NCBI GenBank assembly: GCA_963797555.1
Contig: CAWCPV010000003.1
Span: forward strand, 96,001 to 160,000
Direction: 5' to 3'
Source of the DNA: an uncultured Gammaproteobacteria bacterium
GTDB lineage: Bacteria; Pseudomonadota; Gammaproteobacteria; CAWCPV01
DNA: 64,000 nucleotides
A program made the translations under genes and the position numbers. The notes beneath the pieces were generated by a model. It had not been told where the DNA came from. It searched no databases and was given only the letters and a program-made list of their open reading frames with translations. Position 1 is the stretch's first letter. Each line of letters starts with the position of its first letter. Shown here in pieces: positions 34,207 through 43,308 of the stretch.

Positions 34207-34354
34207 CCCGAGTCCTGTCGGAAGGGGTTCGCGGTGGATCGCGGATCCGGCGGCGCGCACTCCGGCGGCTGCCCGGCGAGTGACTCGAAGGGCATTTTCG
34301 TGCGAGCCCCCGTTAGAATGACGACCGGTCGCCGACGCGACCGGTACCAGTACC

Positions 34355-37198
34355 ATGGCACGTATAGCCGGCAAGAAGAGGCAGCCCCAGAGCCGTAGGG
34401 TCCAGCGCCCGCCGCAGGCGCGCCCTCGGTTCCAGGGCTGGGCGACCAGCGACCAGGACGAGATCGAGCGCCGCCGCCTGCGCGGCATCGAGGAAGACAT
34501 CGTCGTCGAGCCCCTGGAGCCGGAACACGGGCCCTTCGGCACCTTCCTGGCCCGTTCCGGCAGCGGCGAGACCTACCATGTGGAGATCCGCTCGCTGGTC
34601 GACCCGGCCAACTCCTGCGAGTGCCCTGACCATCAGGTCAACCGCCTGGGGACCTGCAAGCACATCGAGGCCACGCTGCACCGCCTGCGCAAGGAGGATA
34701 AGGGCGAGCTAGCGGACTGGACGGCCAGAGGCCCGCGGCGTGTCGAGGTGTACCTGGACCGGCGCGACGGACGGCTCAGGATCGCCTGGCCGAAGGGCAG
34801 CCGCGGCCGCTCGCAGGCGCGCGAGATGCTCTCGCCGTTCTTCTCCGCCGACGACACCCTGCTGGCCGACCCCCTGACCGCGGTGTCCGCCCTGCGCCGC
34901 GAGGTCGACAGGACCGCTCCCGGCCTGCGGGCCAAGATCCGCCTCTCCCGCCACTTGGAGCCCTGGCTGGAAGACCTGCGCCACGTGGCCGAACGGGAGC
35001 GCGCCCGCGCGGCCTTCCTGGCGGACGTAGCGAGCGGCAAGCGCAGCCTCGACGTCGTCAGCGTCCCGCTCTATCCCTATCAGCGGGAGGGCATGCTCCA
35101 CCTCGCCTTCACCGGGCGGGCACTGCTGGCGGACGAGATGGGTCTCGGCAAGACCGTCCAGGCCGTCGCCGCTTGCGAGCTGCTGCGCCGGCTGCACGGC
35201 GTCGAGCGGGTGCTGGTGATTGCACCGGCCTCCCTCAAGGCCGAGTGGGAGGAGCAGATCGCCAAGTTCACCGCCCTGCCCTCGCTCATCGTCCAGGGGC
35301 CGCGCGCTGCGAGGCTGCGACAGTATCGCGAGCGGGCCTTCTTCTATCTCATGAACTACGAGCAGGTGCGGCCGGACCGCCGGGATATCGACGAGGTCCT
35401 CGCCCCCGACGTGGTCATCCTGGACGAGGCCCAGCGCATCAAGAACTGGCAGACCAAAACGGCCGAGGCCGTGAAGCGCCTCTCGAGCCGCTACGCCTTC
35501 GTGCTCACCGGCACCCCCATCGAAAATCGCATCGACGAGCTGTACTCCATCGTCCAGTTCCTGGACCCGCACCTGTTCGGCCCCCTGTTCCGCTTCAACC
35601 GCGACTTCTACCAGCTCGACGAGCAGGGGCGGCCCGCCGGCTACAAGAACCTGGACGAGTTGCACCGGCGCTTGCGGCCGGTCATGCTGCGCCGGCGCAA
35701 GGAGGAGGTGGAGGGGCAGCTCACGGGCCGGACGGTGAACACCTTCTTCGTGTCCATGGCAGAGGAGCAGGCCGTGCGCTACGAGGAATACCAGGAAAGG
35801 GTCGCCCGCCTGGCCGCCCAGGCGCGGCGCCGGCCGCTCACCAAGGAGGAGCTGGAGAAGCTCCAGAAGTGGCTCGCCTGCATGCGCATGCTCTGCGACA
35901 CCCCGTACATCCTCGATCCGAAGTGCCGCCTCTCTCCCAAGCTCGACGAGCTGGAGAACATCCTGGCCGACCTGAGCGATGACGGCGACCACAAGATCAT
36001 CGTCTTCTCCGAGTGGGAGCGGATGCTGGAGCTGGTGCGGGAGCTTGCCGGGCGCCTCAAGCTCGACTTCGCCTGGCACACCGGAAGCACCGAGCAGGGC
36101 CGGCGCCGCAAGGAGATCCGCCGCTTCAAGGACGACCCGCAGTGCCGGCTGTTCCTGTCCACCGACTCGGGGAGCGTGGGGCTCAACCTGCAGGTCGCCG
36201 ACGTGGTGATCAACCTCGATCTGCCCTGGAATCCGGCCCGGCTGGAGCAGCGCATCGCCCGCGCCTGGCGCAAGCACCAGACCCGTGCGGTGCAGGTCAT
36301 CAACCTGGTGTGCGAGCACTCCATCGAGCACCGCATGCTGCACCTGCTGGAGCAGAAACGCACGCTGGCCCAAGGCGTGGTCGACGGTGCCGGTGAGGTC
36401 ACCGAGATGGCTCTGCCCTCCGGTCGGGCGGCCTTCCTGGAGAAGGTCGGCAGCCTTCTCGGGCAGCCGATGCCCGGAGCACGAGCCGCCGAGCACGAGC
36501 CGACCGAAGACCCCACGGAGCGGCTGCGTCAGGACATCCTGGCGCGCTGGAGCGAGCGCCTCGATCTGCTGGAGATCCACGCTGCCGGGAACGGCTCGCC
36601 CACGGTGCTCGCGGTCGTGGACCGCGCGGACGAGGCGGCTCGCACGCAGATGACACGGTCCGCGGAGGAGCATCTCGCCGGACAGTCCCCCCGCGTGGAG
36701 GTCCTGGACCGGGACACTTACGACGCAATCCAGCGGCTCATTGAAGCAGGGGTGCTGAGCCTCAACGCCCAAGGAGCGAAGACGCTGCACCACAGCCCCG
36801 CCGTTGCGACCCGGCGCGCCGGGGAGCGGGAGAAGCGTTTAGTCGAGGCACGCAAGCGGTTCGAGGACGCCCGGCGCAAGCAGCGCATGGCGCGGGTGCT
36901 CGCCGAAGGCGGCTTTCCCAGGGAAGCCCTGGCGCCCTTGCGCGAAGCCGTGGAGACGGCGCTGCAGTCGCTCGCCTGCCTGGTAGGCGAGGAGTCCGCG
37001 ACCGCCGTTCCGGCCGACTTGGTGCAGTCCAGGCTGGTCGCGGAAGGCCTGGTGTCTCCGGAGACTCCCTCGCTCGTCGCAAGATTGCGGGACGGCGCAG
37101 AGGCGGGGAGCGAAGAGCAGGCGAGGGAGCTGCTCGACATTGGGCACGGCCTCCTGGATCACGCTGCAGGCGAATTGGAGAAGCCAGCGTTCCCGTAG
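34355..37198 (+). CDS. SWIM zinc finger + SNF2 helicase with C-terminal extension
   Basis: CECPD..CKH (SWIM), LLADEMGLGKT, LDEAQRIKN, TGTPIEN, GLNLQ, QRIARAWR. Confidence 0.9.
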   Translation: MARIAGKKRQPQSRRVQRPPQARPRFQGWATSDQDEIERRRLRGIEEDIVVEPLEPEHGPFGTFLARSGSGETYHVEIRSLVDPANSCECPDHQVNRLGTCKHIEATLHRLRKEDKGELADWTARGPRRVEVYLDRRDGRLRIAWPKGSRGRSQAREMLSPFFSADDTLLADPLTAVSALRREVDRTAPGLRAKIRLSRHLEPWLEDLRHVAERERARAAFLADVASGKRSLDVVSVPLYPYQREGMLHLAFTGRALLADEMGLGKTVQAVAACELLRRLHGVERVLVIAPASLKAEWEEQIAKFTALPSLIVQGPRAARLRQYRERAFFYLMNYEQVRPDRRDIDEVLAPDVVILDEAQRIKNWQTKTAEAVKRLSSRYAFVLTGTPIENRIDELYSIVQFLDPHLFGPLFRFNRDFYQLDEQGRPAGYKNLDELHRRLRPVMLRRRKEEVEGQLTGRTVNTFFVSMAEEQAVRYEEYQERVARLAAQARRRPLTKEELEKLQKWLACMRMLCDTPYILDPKCRLSPKLDELENILADLSDDGDHKIIVFSEWERMLELVRELAGRLKLDFAWHTGSTEQGRRRKEIRRFKDDPQCRLFLSTDSGSVGLNLQVADVVINLDLPWNPARLEQRIARAWRKHQTRAVQVINLVCEHSIEHRMLHLLEQKRTLAQGVVDGAGEVTEMALPSGRAAFLEKVGSLLGQPMPGARAAEHEPTEDPTERLRQDILARWSERLDLLEIHAAGNGSPTVLAVVDRADEAARTQMTRSAEEHLAGQSPRVEVLDRDTYDAIQRLIEAGVLSLNAQGAKTLHHSPAVATRRAGEREKRLVEARKRFEDARRKQRMARVLAEGGFPREALAPLREAVETALQSLACLVGEESATAVPADLVQSRLVAEGLVSPETPSLVARLRDGAEAGSEEQARELLDIGHGLLDHAAGELEKPAFP

Positions 37199-37289
37199 CC
37201 AGAATGGCCGCGGGCGAAATTACGCTCAAAGCCTGGCCCAAAGCCCTTTATCCTCAACGCGATAATTGAACGGAGATGCGGTCGCTGCG

Positions 37290-37309
37290 GTGTAGCCCAT
37301 GGGCTACAC
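37290..37309. promoter_or_regulatory. Perfect 20-bp palindrome, probable TA operator
   Basis: GTGTAGCCCATGGGCTACAC lies just upstream of the toxin GTG start at 37317. Confidence 0.65.
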
Positions 37310-37316
37310 TATCTTA

Positions 37317-37607
37317 GTGCTCGAAGTCCGGCAGACGGATGACTATGCACGGTGGTTCAGCGGCTTACGTGACCGACAGGCGCGGGCGCGCATCGATGCG
37401 CGTATTCGCCGTTTGTCGCTGGGCAATCCCGGCGACGTTAGACCGGTGGGCGAAGGCGTGTCGGAGCTGCGCATCGACTACGGCCCGGGCTATCGGGTCT
37501 ATTTCGTGCAGCGCGGCCGCGAGCTGGTAATCCTGCTCGCAGGGGGCGACAAGGGTACCCAGGACCGAGATATCCAGACCGCGCTGGAGCTGGCGCGCCG
37601 ACTCTAG
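37317..37607 (+). CDS. RelE/HigB-like addiction module toxin
   Basis: RIRRLSLGNPGDVRPVGEGVSELRIDYGPGYRVYF..LLAGGDK. Confidence 0.9.
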   Translation: MLEVRQTDDYARWFSGLRDRQARARIDARIRRLSLGNPGDVRPVGEGVSELRIDYGPGYRVYFVQRGRELVILLAGGDKGTQDRDIQTALELARRL

Positions 37608-37616
37608 GAGACTGAG

Positions 37617-37955
37617 ATGGAACAGTACAAACTGGAAACCAGGCCGTGGGATGTGGCGGAGCACCTGGAAACCGAGGCGGACATGGCCGCCTACCTCGAG
37701 GCCGTGCTGGAGGAGGGCAACCCGGCGCTGGTCACGGCCGCGCTCGGCGACATCGCGCGCGCCAAGGGCATGACCCAGATCGCCCGCGAAACGGGCCTGA
37801 CGCGTGAGAGCCTTTACAAGGCGCTGTCCCCCGAGGGCAACCCTGAATTCGCCACGGTGCTGAAGGTAGTCCGGGCACTGGGGCTGCGGCTGCACGCCAC
37901 GGCCGCTGCCGGTGTGTCCGCGCCGCCAGCGAAGGGCACCGGGCCATCGGTCTGA
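37617..37955 (+). CDS. Addiction module antidote (HTH antitoxin)
   Basis: ALGDIARAKGMTQIARETGLTRESLYKALSPEGNPEF. Confidence 0.9.
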   Translation: MEQYKLETRPWDVAEHLETEADMAAYLEAVLEEGNPALVTAALGDIARAKGMTQIARETGLTRESLYKALSPEGNPEFATVLKVVRALGLRLHATAAAGVSAPPAKGTGPSV

Positions 37956-38099
37956 AAACCGGGCCAACTCGGCGTCCCCCAAGCGCGATTCATCCCCGAG
38001 CCCACGTCGGGTGTCAGTTCGCATATGACGGCTGATGCCTGAAGGGCGATCCGCGGCACGAACTATTGGTCGGCAGGCTGCGTAGAACCGCCCGGGATC

Positions 38100-38370
38100 C
38101 CGGCAGCACCGAGCAGGGCCGGCGCCGCAAGAAGATCCGCCGCTTCAAGGACGACCCGCAGTGCTCGAAGGAGTGCTCGCACACCGATCGAGATTGATCA
38201 CCACGTCGGCTGAACCTCCAGGTCGCCCCACGCTGCCCGAGTCGGTGGACAGGAACAGCCGCGACGGCGCACAGGCGGACAGCGAAGAGCAGGCGAGGGA
38301 GTTGCTCGATGCGGGGTACACCGTCCTGGACCATGTCGGCGGTGAACTGGAGAGGGCAGCCCGGGCCTAG
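38100..38370. pseudogene. Scrambled remnant of a paralogue of the SWIM-SNF2 gene
   Basis: Six short blocks match 36081-36331 and 37091-37198 in mixed orientations. Confidence 0.8.
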
Positions 38371-38596
38371 CAGATCCGGCCGTGTCAGCGGGCTCGCGCC
38401 AATCCATGTCTGTCAGGCCCGTGGCAAGCCACCTTTCCGGAGGGGACATCTTGGCTTCCAAGCCATGTCGCCCGTGCCTGGCTAGGGGGAAAGGAGCCCT
38501 AGCGGGTACCTGTCCCACGGAATGGAACCACGGTGCACATATCCAGGTCCTGAGCTGATGTGGCGCTCCCCCGCAAGCGGTGTTCCGTTGCCTGGT

Positions 38597-38992
38597 CTAG
38601 ACCCAAGTCTCCAGGGTCAATCCTGGCACGTTCTCGAAATGCCGCGCGTTGTTGCTTACCAACGTCGCACCAAGGCCGAGCGCGTGTGCGGCGATCAGCA
38701 TGTCCATGCAGCCGATGGGCGTGCCGCTCCGTTCCAGCGCGGTGCGCAGGCGGCCGTATCGGTCGGCGGCAGCCTCATCCCAGGGGATTACGCGGACCCG
38801 GCTGGCAAAATCGTCCACCTCAGCGCGGATCTCGGCACCTCTCGGGTGCCGCGCCGCACCGTAATAAAGCGCCGCGAGGACCACCGACGAGATCGCCAGA
38901 TTCTCCGTACCCACCCGGTCGAACTGAACCTTGACGGACGGGGGGCGCTTGCGCAGCACGTAGCTGCAGACGTCCGTATCGAGCATCCACAT
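38597..38992 (-). CDS. vapC: VapC PIN-domain toxin
   Basis: MLDTDVCSY, ISSVV, GTPIGCMDMLIAAHA, LVSNN. The usual acidic residue in VVxAEL reads AAL here. Confidence 0.88.
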   Translation of the reverse strand: MWMLDTDVCSYVLRKRPPSVKVQFDRVGTENLAISSVVLAALYYGAARHPRGAEIRAEVDDFASRVRVIPWDEAAADRYGRLRTALERSGTPIGCMDMLIAAHALGLGATLVSNNARHFENVPGLTLETWV

Positions 38993-39222
38993 CAGAACAG
39001 CCCCCGCGCCTTGGGCGGCGGGTCGCGGCGGTCAGTGAGGAAATCGTCGGGCACACTCGACGGCCGTGAAAAGAAGTCTTCCCAGCCCTGCGGCTTGGAC
39101 CGCAAGATGACCTTGTCACCGTCCCGCTCGATGTAGACTTCGTCGCCGTCGAAGCGGAACTCGGCCGGCAGCCGCACCGCCTGGCTGCGGCCGTTCATGA
39201 ACAGCTTCGCTGTGCGCGGCAT
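38992..39222 (-). CDS. vapB: VapB (AbrB-type) antitoxin
   Basis: [21 protein letters not shown]. Confidence 0.9.
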   Translation of the reverse strand: MPRTAKLFMNGRSQAVRLPAEFRFDGDEVYIERDGDKVILRSKPQGWEDFFSRPSSVPDDFLTDRRDPPPKARGLF

Positions 39223-39429
39223 CGAATGCGTCCTCCCAGATTGATATAGACCGTAGTATATATTAGCCAAGGCGAATCTTTACGCCGGCTGGCCCGCGGG
39301 GATGGCTGCGGAAACTCATCACGGTGAAGTATCGGGCCCCCACGCCGCCAGGCGGTTGCAAGGTTCTCTCCGGGGCCGAATTAGCCAGAAAATGGTTCAA
39401 GACCTTTGGTTATAGGCGACCCGTGACTC

Positions 39430-41502
39430 TCACATCTTCAGGTCATCCAGAAACTCGGATGCCGGCTCCACGCCGGTGACGAGCAGGTCATCGCGGGCTC
39501 GGGTGCAGGCGACGTACAGCAGATGTCGCTCGGTGTCGTAGACCTCTTCCAGATCGGCATCATCGGCCACGGTCTCGATACGCGCCTGTAGCGGAATGAC
39601 CTCGTCGTCACAGGCCATCACCGCCACCGCTTTGAACTCCAGTCCTTTGACCAGATGCATGGTGCTGACCGAAAGCTGACCACTGACCGTTTCCACGTGC
39701 TCGTCCAGCACCTTGGACGGCAATCCGGCCTGGGCCGCCGCCGCGCGGGCGCGGTCCAGCTCCGCGTCCGATCGAACGAATACTCCGATCTCATGAGGTG
39801 CCATCCCCTCGTGACCGCGCTCTGCCAGCCAGGCGCCGACCGCGCTGATCTCCTCCTCTTGGCTGTCGAAGGTGCGGATTTGAGGGGCCGGCCCGTTGAA
39901 CAGCGACACCGTGCCGCGCCGTTCCTCGGCATTGCCGTCCACATCGGATAGCTCCGGCCCCAGCAGGCGGTCGGCCTGCATCCGGATCTGATGCGAGGTG
40001 CGGTAGTTGACGTGCAGGGTGCGCGAGCGCCCGCGTATATCCACGCCGAGCGACTTCCACGAAAAGGGTTGCTGGAAGATGCGCTGGCCGAGATCGCCCG
40101 CGAAGAACAGGCCGTTCGTTCGATCCGCCCCGAGCGCGGCGAGGAAACGCAACTCCGCGACGCCGACATCCTGCGCTTCATCTACCACGACGTGCTCGAA
40201 GGGCGGATGTTCGCGGTCGGCCAACCGGGCGGCCAGGCGGGTGAACAGGCCCGAGTGAGTGATGATGCCTTCAGCCTTCAGGCGTGCACGCACGGCATCG
40301 AAGACGGACCAGACTGCTGCCCGCTGCGGCTCCGGCAGGCGCGTTTTCCTGCCCAAGCGCTTGACGTTGCGATAGGCCTCCCAGCTCTCCACCTGCCACG
40401 CATCCACCAGTTCCTCCCACTCGGCCACTAAGAAATTGAGGTTGAACCTCTGACCGCCGACCTCTGCCGCGGCCTCCGCCAGTCGCTGCCGAATCATGTC
40501 GCGGGAGGCGATGCGCGGGCGGCCGAAGTGGCGCTCGTAGAGCCGCTCACCGATGGCGTTCGTGGCATGCACCTCCAGGCGCTCGGCCAGGCGCGGCTCG
40601 TTGCTGATCAAGCGCCTGAGTTTGGTGCGCAGCGCATTCGCCAGAGCGTCGGAGAAGGTGGTCAGCAGCACGCGGGCTTCGGGATGGCTGCGAGCGAGAA
40701 ACACCGCCCGGTGCAGAGCGACGATGGTCTTGCCCGTACCCGCCGAGCCGGAGACGCGCGCCGGGCCGCTGTAGTCGCGCTCCACCCACTGGCGCTGCGC
40801 GGGGTGGAGAAAGACCATCCACTTCTCCCACGGAAACGCCAGCGCGCGCTCCAGCTCCTCGATGTCGCTCATTACCCGGAAGCGGCGCTGAGCGTCCGGG
40901 TGACTGTAGGGGTCGGCGCCCGCGGCAACGGGTTGGCTGACCTGCGGCCTGCCGCCCGTGGCCAACTCCAGCAGAGCCTCGGCCGCCTCGGCGGGCAAAT
41001 GGTCGGCGATTGCCAGCAGGCTGTCTTCGTCGGCCTGGCGTACGTCGCCCAGCCACTCTGCCGGCACACCGTAGCTCAGCAGCTCATCGTCGGTGCGATG
41101 CGCGAACAGAAGCGGCTCGGCAGGGGCAGGTCGCGGAACCTCGATGTACTTCGGTACGGCGACCTCCTCCACCCGCTCGCGGATCTCCACCCACTGTGCC
41201 GCCCCGGTCTTGAAGTGGGTTTCCAGCTTGCGGCGGTTCGCCCACTCGTACGCCTCGTCGTGGTGATCGACGTAGCACAGCAGCAGGCTGTGCTCGGTCC
41301 TGTGCACGATGAGCCGAATATCACTGCTCACCCGCACCGACCAGAAGTTCTTGTCCCTGGCCTTGTCCAGCTTGTGGAAGCTCAGGCCCGGACCCGCGGG
41401 GTTCAGTTGCAGGTCGAAGGCCGTGGTCTTGACCGCCTTCTGCTCCTCGCCGGTGAGCTTGGCGAGGCTGTCGGTAAAGGTGTCGGAGATGCGGAAATTC
41501 AT
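39430..41502 (-). CDS. UvrD-like SF1 helicase with N-terminal RelE-like domain
   Basis: N-terminal WSVRVSSDIRLIVH..YVDHHDEAY. Helicase motifs GSAGTGKT, VDEAQD, GDLGQRI, NYRT, KGLEF, LYVACTRAR. Confidence 0.85.
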   Translation of the reverse strand: MNFRISDTFTDSLAKLTGEEQKAVKTTAFDLQLNPAGPGLSFHKLDKARDKNFWSVRVSSDIRLIVHRTEHSLLLCYVDHHDEAYEWANRRKLETHFKTGAAQWVEIRERVEEVAVPKYIEVPRPAPAEPLLFAHRTDDELLSYGVPAEWLGDVRQADEDSLLAIADHLPAEAAEALLELATGGRPQVSQPVAAGADPYSHPDAQRRFRVMSDIEELERALAFPWEKWMVFLHPAQRQWVERDYSGPARVSGSAGTGKTIVALHRAVFLARSHPEARVLLTTFSDALANALRTKLRRLISNEPRLAERLEVHATNAIGERLYERHFGRPRIASRDMIRQRLAEAAAEVGGQRFNLNFLVAEWEELVDAWQVESWEAYRNVKRLGRKTRLPEPQRAAVWSVFDAVRARLKAEGIITHSGLFTRLAARLADREHPPFEHVVVDEAQDVGVAELRFLAALGADRTNGLFFAGDLGQRIFQQPFSWKSLGVDIRGRSRTLHVNYRTSHQIRMQADRLLGPELSDVDGNAEERRGTVSLFNGPAPQIRTFDSQEEEISAVGAWLAERGHEGMAPHEIGVFVRSDAELDRARAAAAQAGLPSKVLDEHVETVSGQLSVSTMHLVKGLEFKAVAVMACDDEVIPLQARIETVADDADLEEVYDTERHLLYVACTRARDDLLVTGVEPASEFLDDLKM

Positions 41503-41506
41503 CGGG

Positions 41507-41938
41507 CTACCGGCGCATGTACGAAAAGCGCGGAGCCATTCTCTGTGCCTGATCCATCCAGAAGTGCTTCAGCTCACTGTCCGGAAGATCGCGCGAGTCG
41601 TGCCAGCCTATGATGTTGGCGTCCTGAGGGTACGGTTTGCCGTCCGCGTCAAACCCCAGACCGATTGCAAACACCGCTTCGGCAGGGCCGACGCCGCGGC
41701 CAATTGCCGGCCTTGGTGCGTGTTTGTCAAAGTACGTCGAGCAGATTTCCCAAACCTGTGCCTCGGTCAGGTGCTGCGACCGGCAAACCGATGTCTCCAG
41801 TCTTCCGTTAGGCATCTTGTCTCGGCGCCGGGGCATCAGGCGTGAATAGTGAATCGAGTTGGTTCTCTTGACCACGTGTTCGGGCCGAAACACAAAGGTG
41901 CTTAACGATTCATCAGGCTGCACGTCTGACGGCAGCAA
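41507..41938 (-). CDS. Hypothetical protein, possible ADP-ribosyltransferase-fold toxin
   Basis: DESLSTF..ETSVCR..VWEI..IGRG..ANIIGW pattern. TTG start at 41938 overlaps the end of the upstream gene (start inferred). Confidence 0.5.
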   Translation of the reverse strand: MLPSDVQPDESLSTFVFRPEHVVKRTNSIHYSRLMPRRRDKMPNGRLETSVCRSQHLTEAQVWEICSTYFDKHAPRPAIGRGVGPAEAVFAIGLGFDADGKPYPQDANIIGWHDSRDLPDSELKHFWMDQAQRMAPRFSYMRR

Positions 41939-42461
41939 GCGCGTAGAGCCGGCCAACGTATCGGACCACATCGTCAAGAGACTCTTCAAGAGCGCTGCGA
42001 CTCGTCGCATCAATTGACTGCCAGGCATGAATCCCTCCCTCGCTCCCAAACTGACCGGCAAAATTGATCTTTCCGTGTTCGCCAACGCTCACAGAAAACA
42101 TCCGAGTGGTGTCGACCGACCAACTTATGCAGATCTCCCCGTCGAATTCGGGTATCAGATCCGGCGCTGGTGTGCCTTTCGGGAGCAAAGCGAACAAAGT
42201 CGCGGCGATTCTTGCCGCAAGATTTATCGTGTGGTCCGTGACAGGAACCGCTCCACCACTGTCCCAGTCGGCATTGCGGCACTCATTGCCTATGCCACCC
42301 AACGCTGCCTCAATAGTCGGGAGCCAATCCGATGCGCTTCTACTCAGGTAGTTTCGTTCCTTTTCCCATGAGCGCTGAATCGCGCGGCTACCGTCGCTGA
42401 CGGGCTCATAGTCGTCGTTATCGATTAGATGCAAACCCTGCATCGCGATCGCAGTGCTCAT
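41913..42461 (-). CDS. Hypothetical protein (WDxxGA...PxLxPxxDGEIxxxW family), putative antitoxin
   Basis: ADWDSGGAVPV..LPKGTPAPDLIPEFDGEICISW. ATGA coupling with the upstream gene. Confidence 0.6.
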   Translation of the reverse strand: MSTAIAMQGLHLIDNDDYEPVSDGSRAIQRSWEKERNYLSRSASDWLPTIEAALGGIGNECRNADWDSGGAVPVTDHTINLAARIAATLFALLPKGTPAPDLIPEFDGEICISWSVDTTRMFSVSVGEHGKINFAGQFGSEGGIHAWQSIDATSRSALEESLDDVVRYVGRLYALAAVRRAA

Positions 42462-43207
42462 TCGTACAACTCGGCTGACGCCTCAGTGATGCTGCTGAAG
42501 AAGGTACGATTTTTCAGTTCCCGCAGGCGTTCAAGAATTTTCCACAGCCGTCCGTCCGTTGAAACCAAATCAGTCACCATGAATGCATCAACATCCAGAA
42601 TTACCGGCGCCGGCCCCGTCGGTGGAGTCGTCTCGAGCGCCAACGTTAAATTCACACGGGCGGTGCTTTCGACTTCGACCAACTGGAATCGCTGAAAAAA
42701 CGATGCCACAGCCTGTGGAGCTTCGTCTGGAACATCCACCAGCTTGCGAAGATAAGTCTGGTACGAGCCCCCCTGCCGCAAGGGGAGTTGAAGATTGTTG
42801 ATGAAACGCGTGGCGACCCGAGTCACACGCACCGGCCCGAGTCGCTCCGCGTAGACCGCCCAGACGCGCCTTGTCTCTTCGACCAATCTGCTCCACTCCT
42901 CGTACGGCGGCAGTCGACTCAGCGTGAACCCCGAAAGCCGGCACTGGGCGACGTACTTTTCATCCAACGAATGTAACCGCAACCCCACCTGCGCGGACTC
43001 GGCGGTGCTCTCCGGCTGCTGCCCGTCGGATGTCAGCTTAAAACCGAAAAAGCCCTGCGAAATCGGATTCTTCAGGTAGTAGCCGAAATCCGGCGTGCCA
43101 AATGCTTCCTTCAGTCCAGCAAAGGTGAGGTCGTGGCGTGGGACCACGTGAATATCGATCAGCGCTTCCGTGATCGGTGCATTCGGCAGATGTCGCTGCC
43201 TAGCCAT
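42458..43207 (-). CDS. TIGR04255-family protein
   Basis: LPNAPITEALIDI, LSRLPPYEEW, RVATRFINNL, VILDVDAF, LRELKNRTFFSSIT. Confidence 0.78.
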   Translation of the reverse strand: MARQRHLPNAPITEALIDIHVVPRHDLTFAGLKEAFGTPDFGYYLKNPISQGFFGFKLTSDGQQPESTAESAQVGLRLHSLDEKYVAQCRLSGFTLSRLPPYEEWSRLVEETRRVWAVYAERLGPVRVTRVATRFINNLQLPLRQGGSYQTYLRKLVDVPDEAPQAVASFFQRFQLVEVESTARVNLTLALETTPPTGPAPVILDVDAFMVTDLVSTDGRLWKILERLRELKNRTFFSSITEASAELYE

Positions 43208-43308
43208 GACTTGACCGGCTGGGCCGGCTCCAGCGTCTGAGATTGCGACACCAATTTACCGCAGTCCGCCTCGGTGTCCGGTGAGGAACTGGGGAGAGAT
43301 CCACTACG

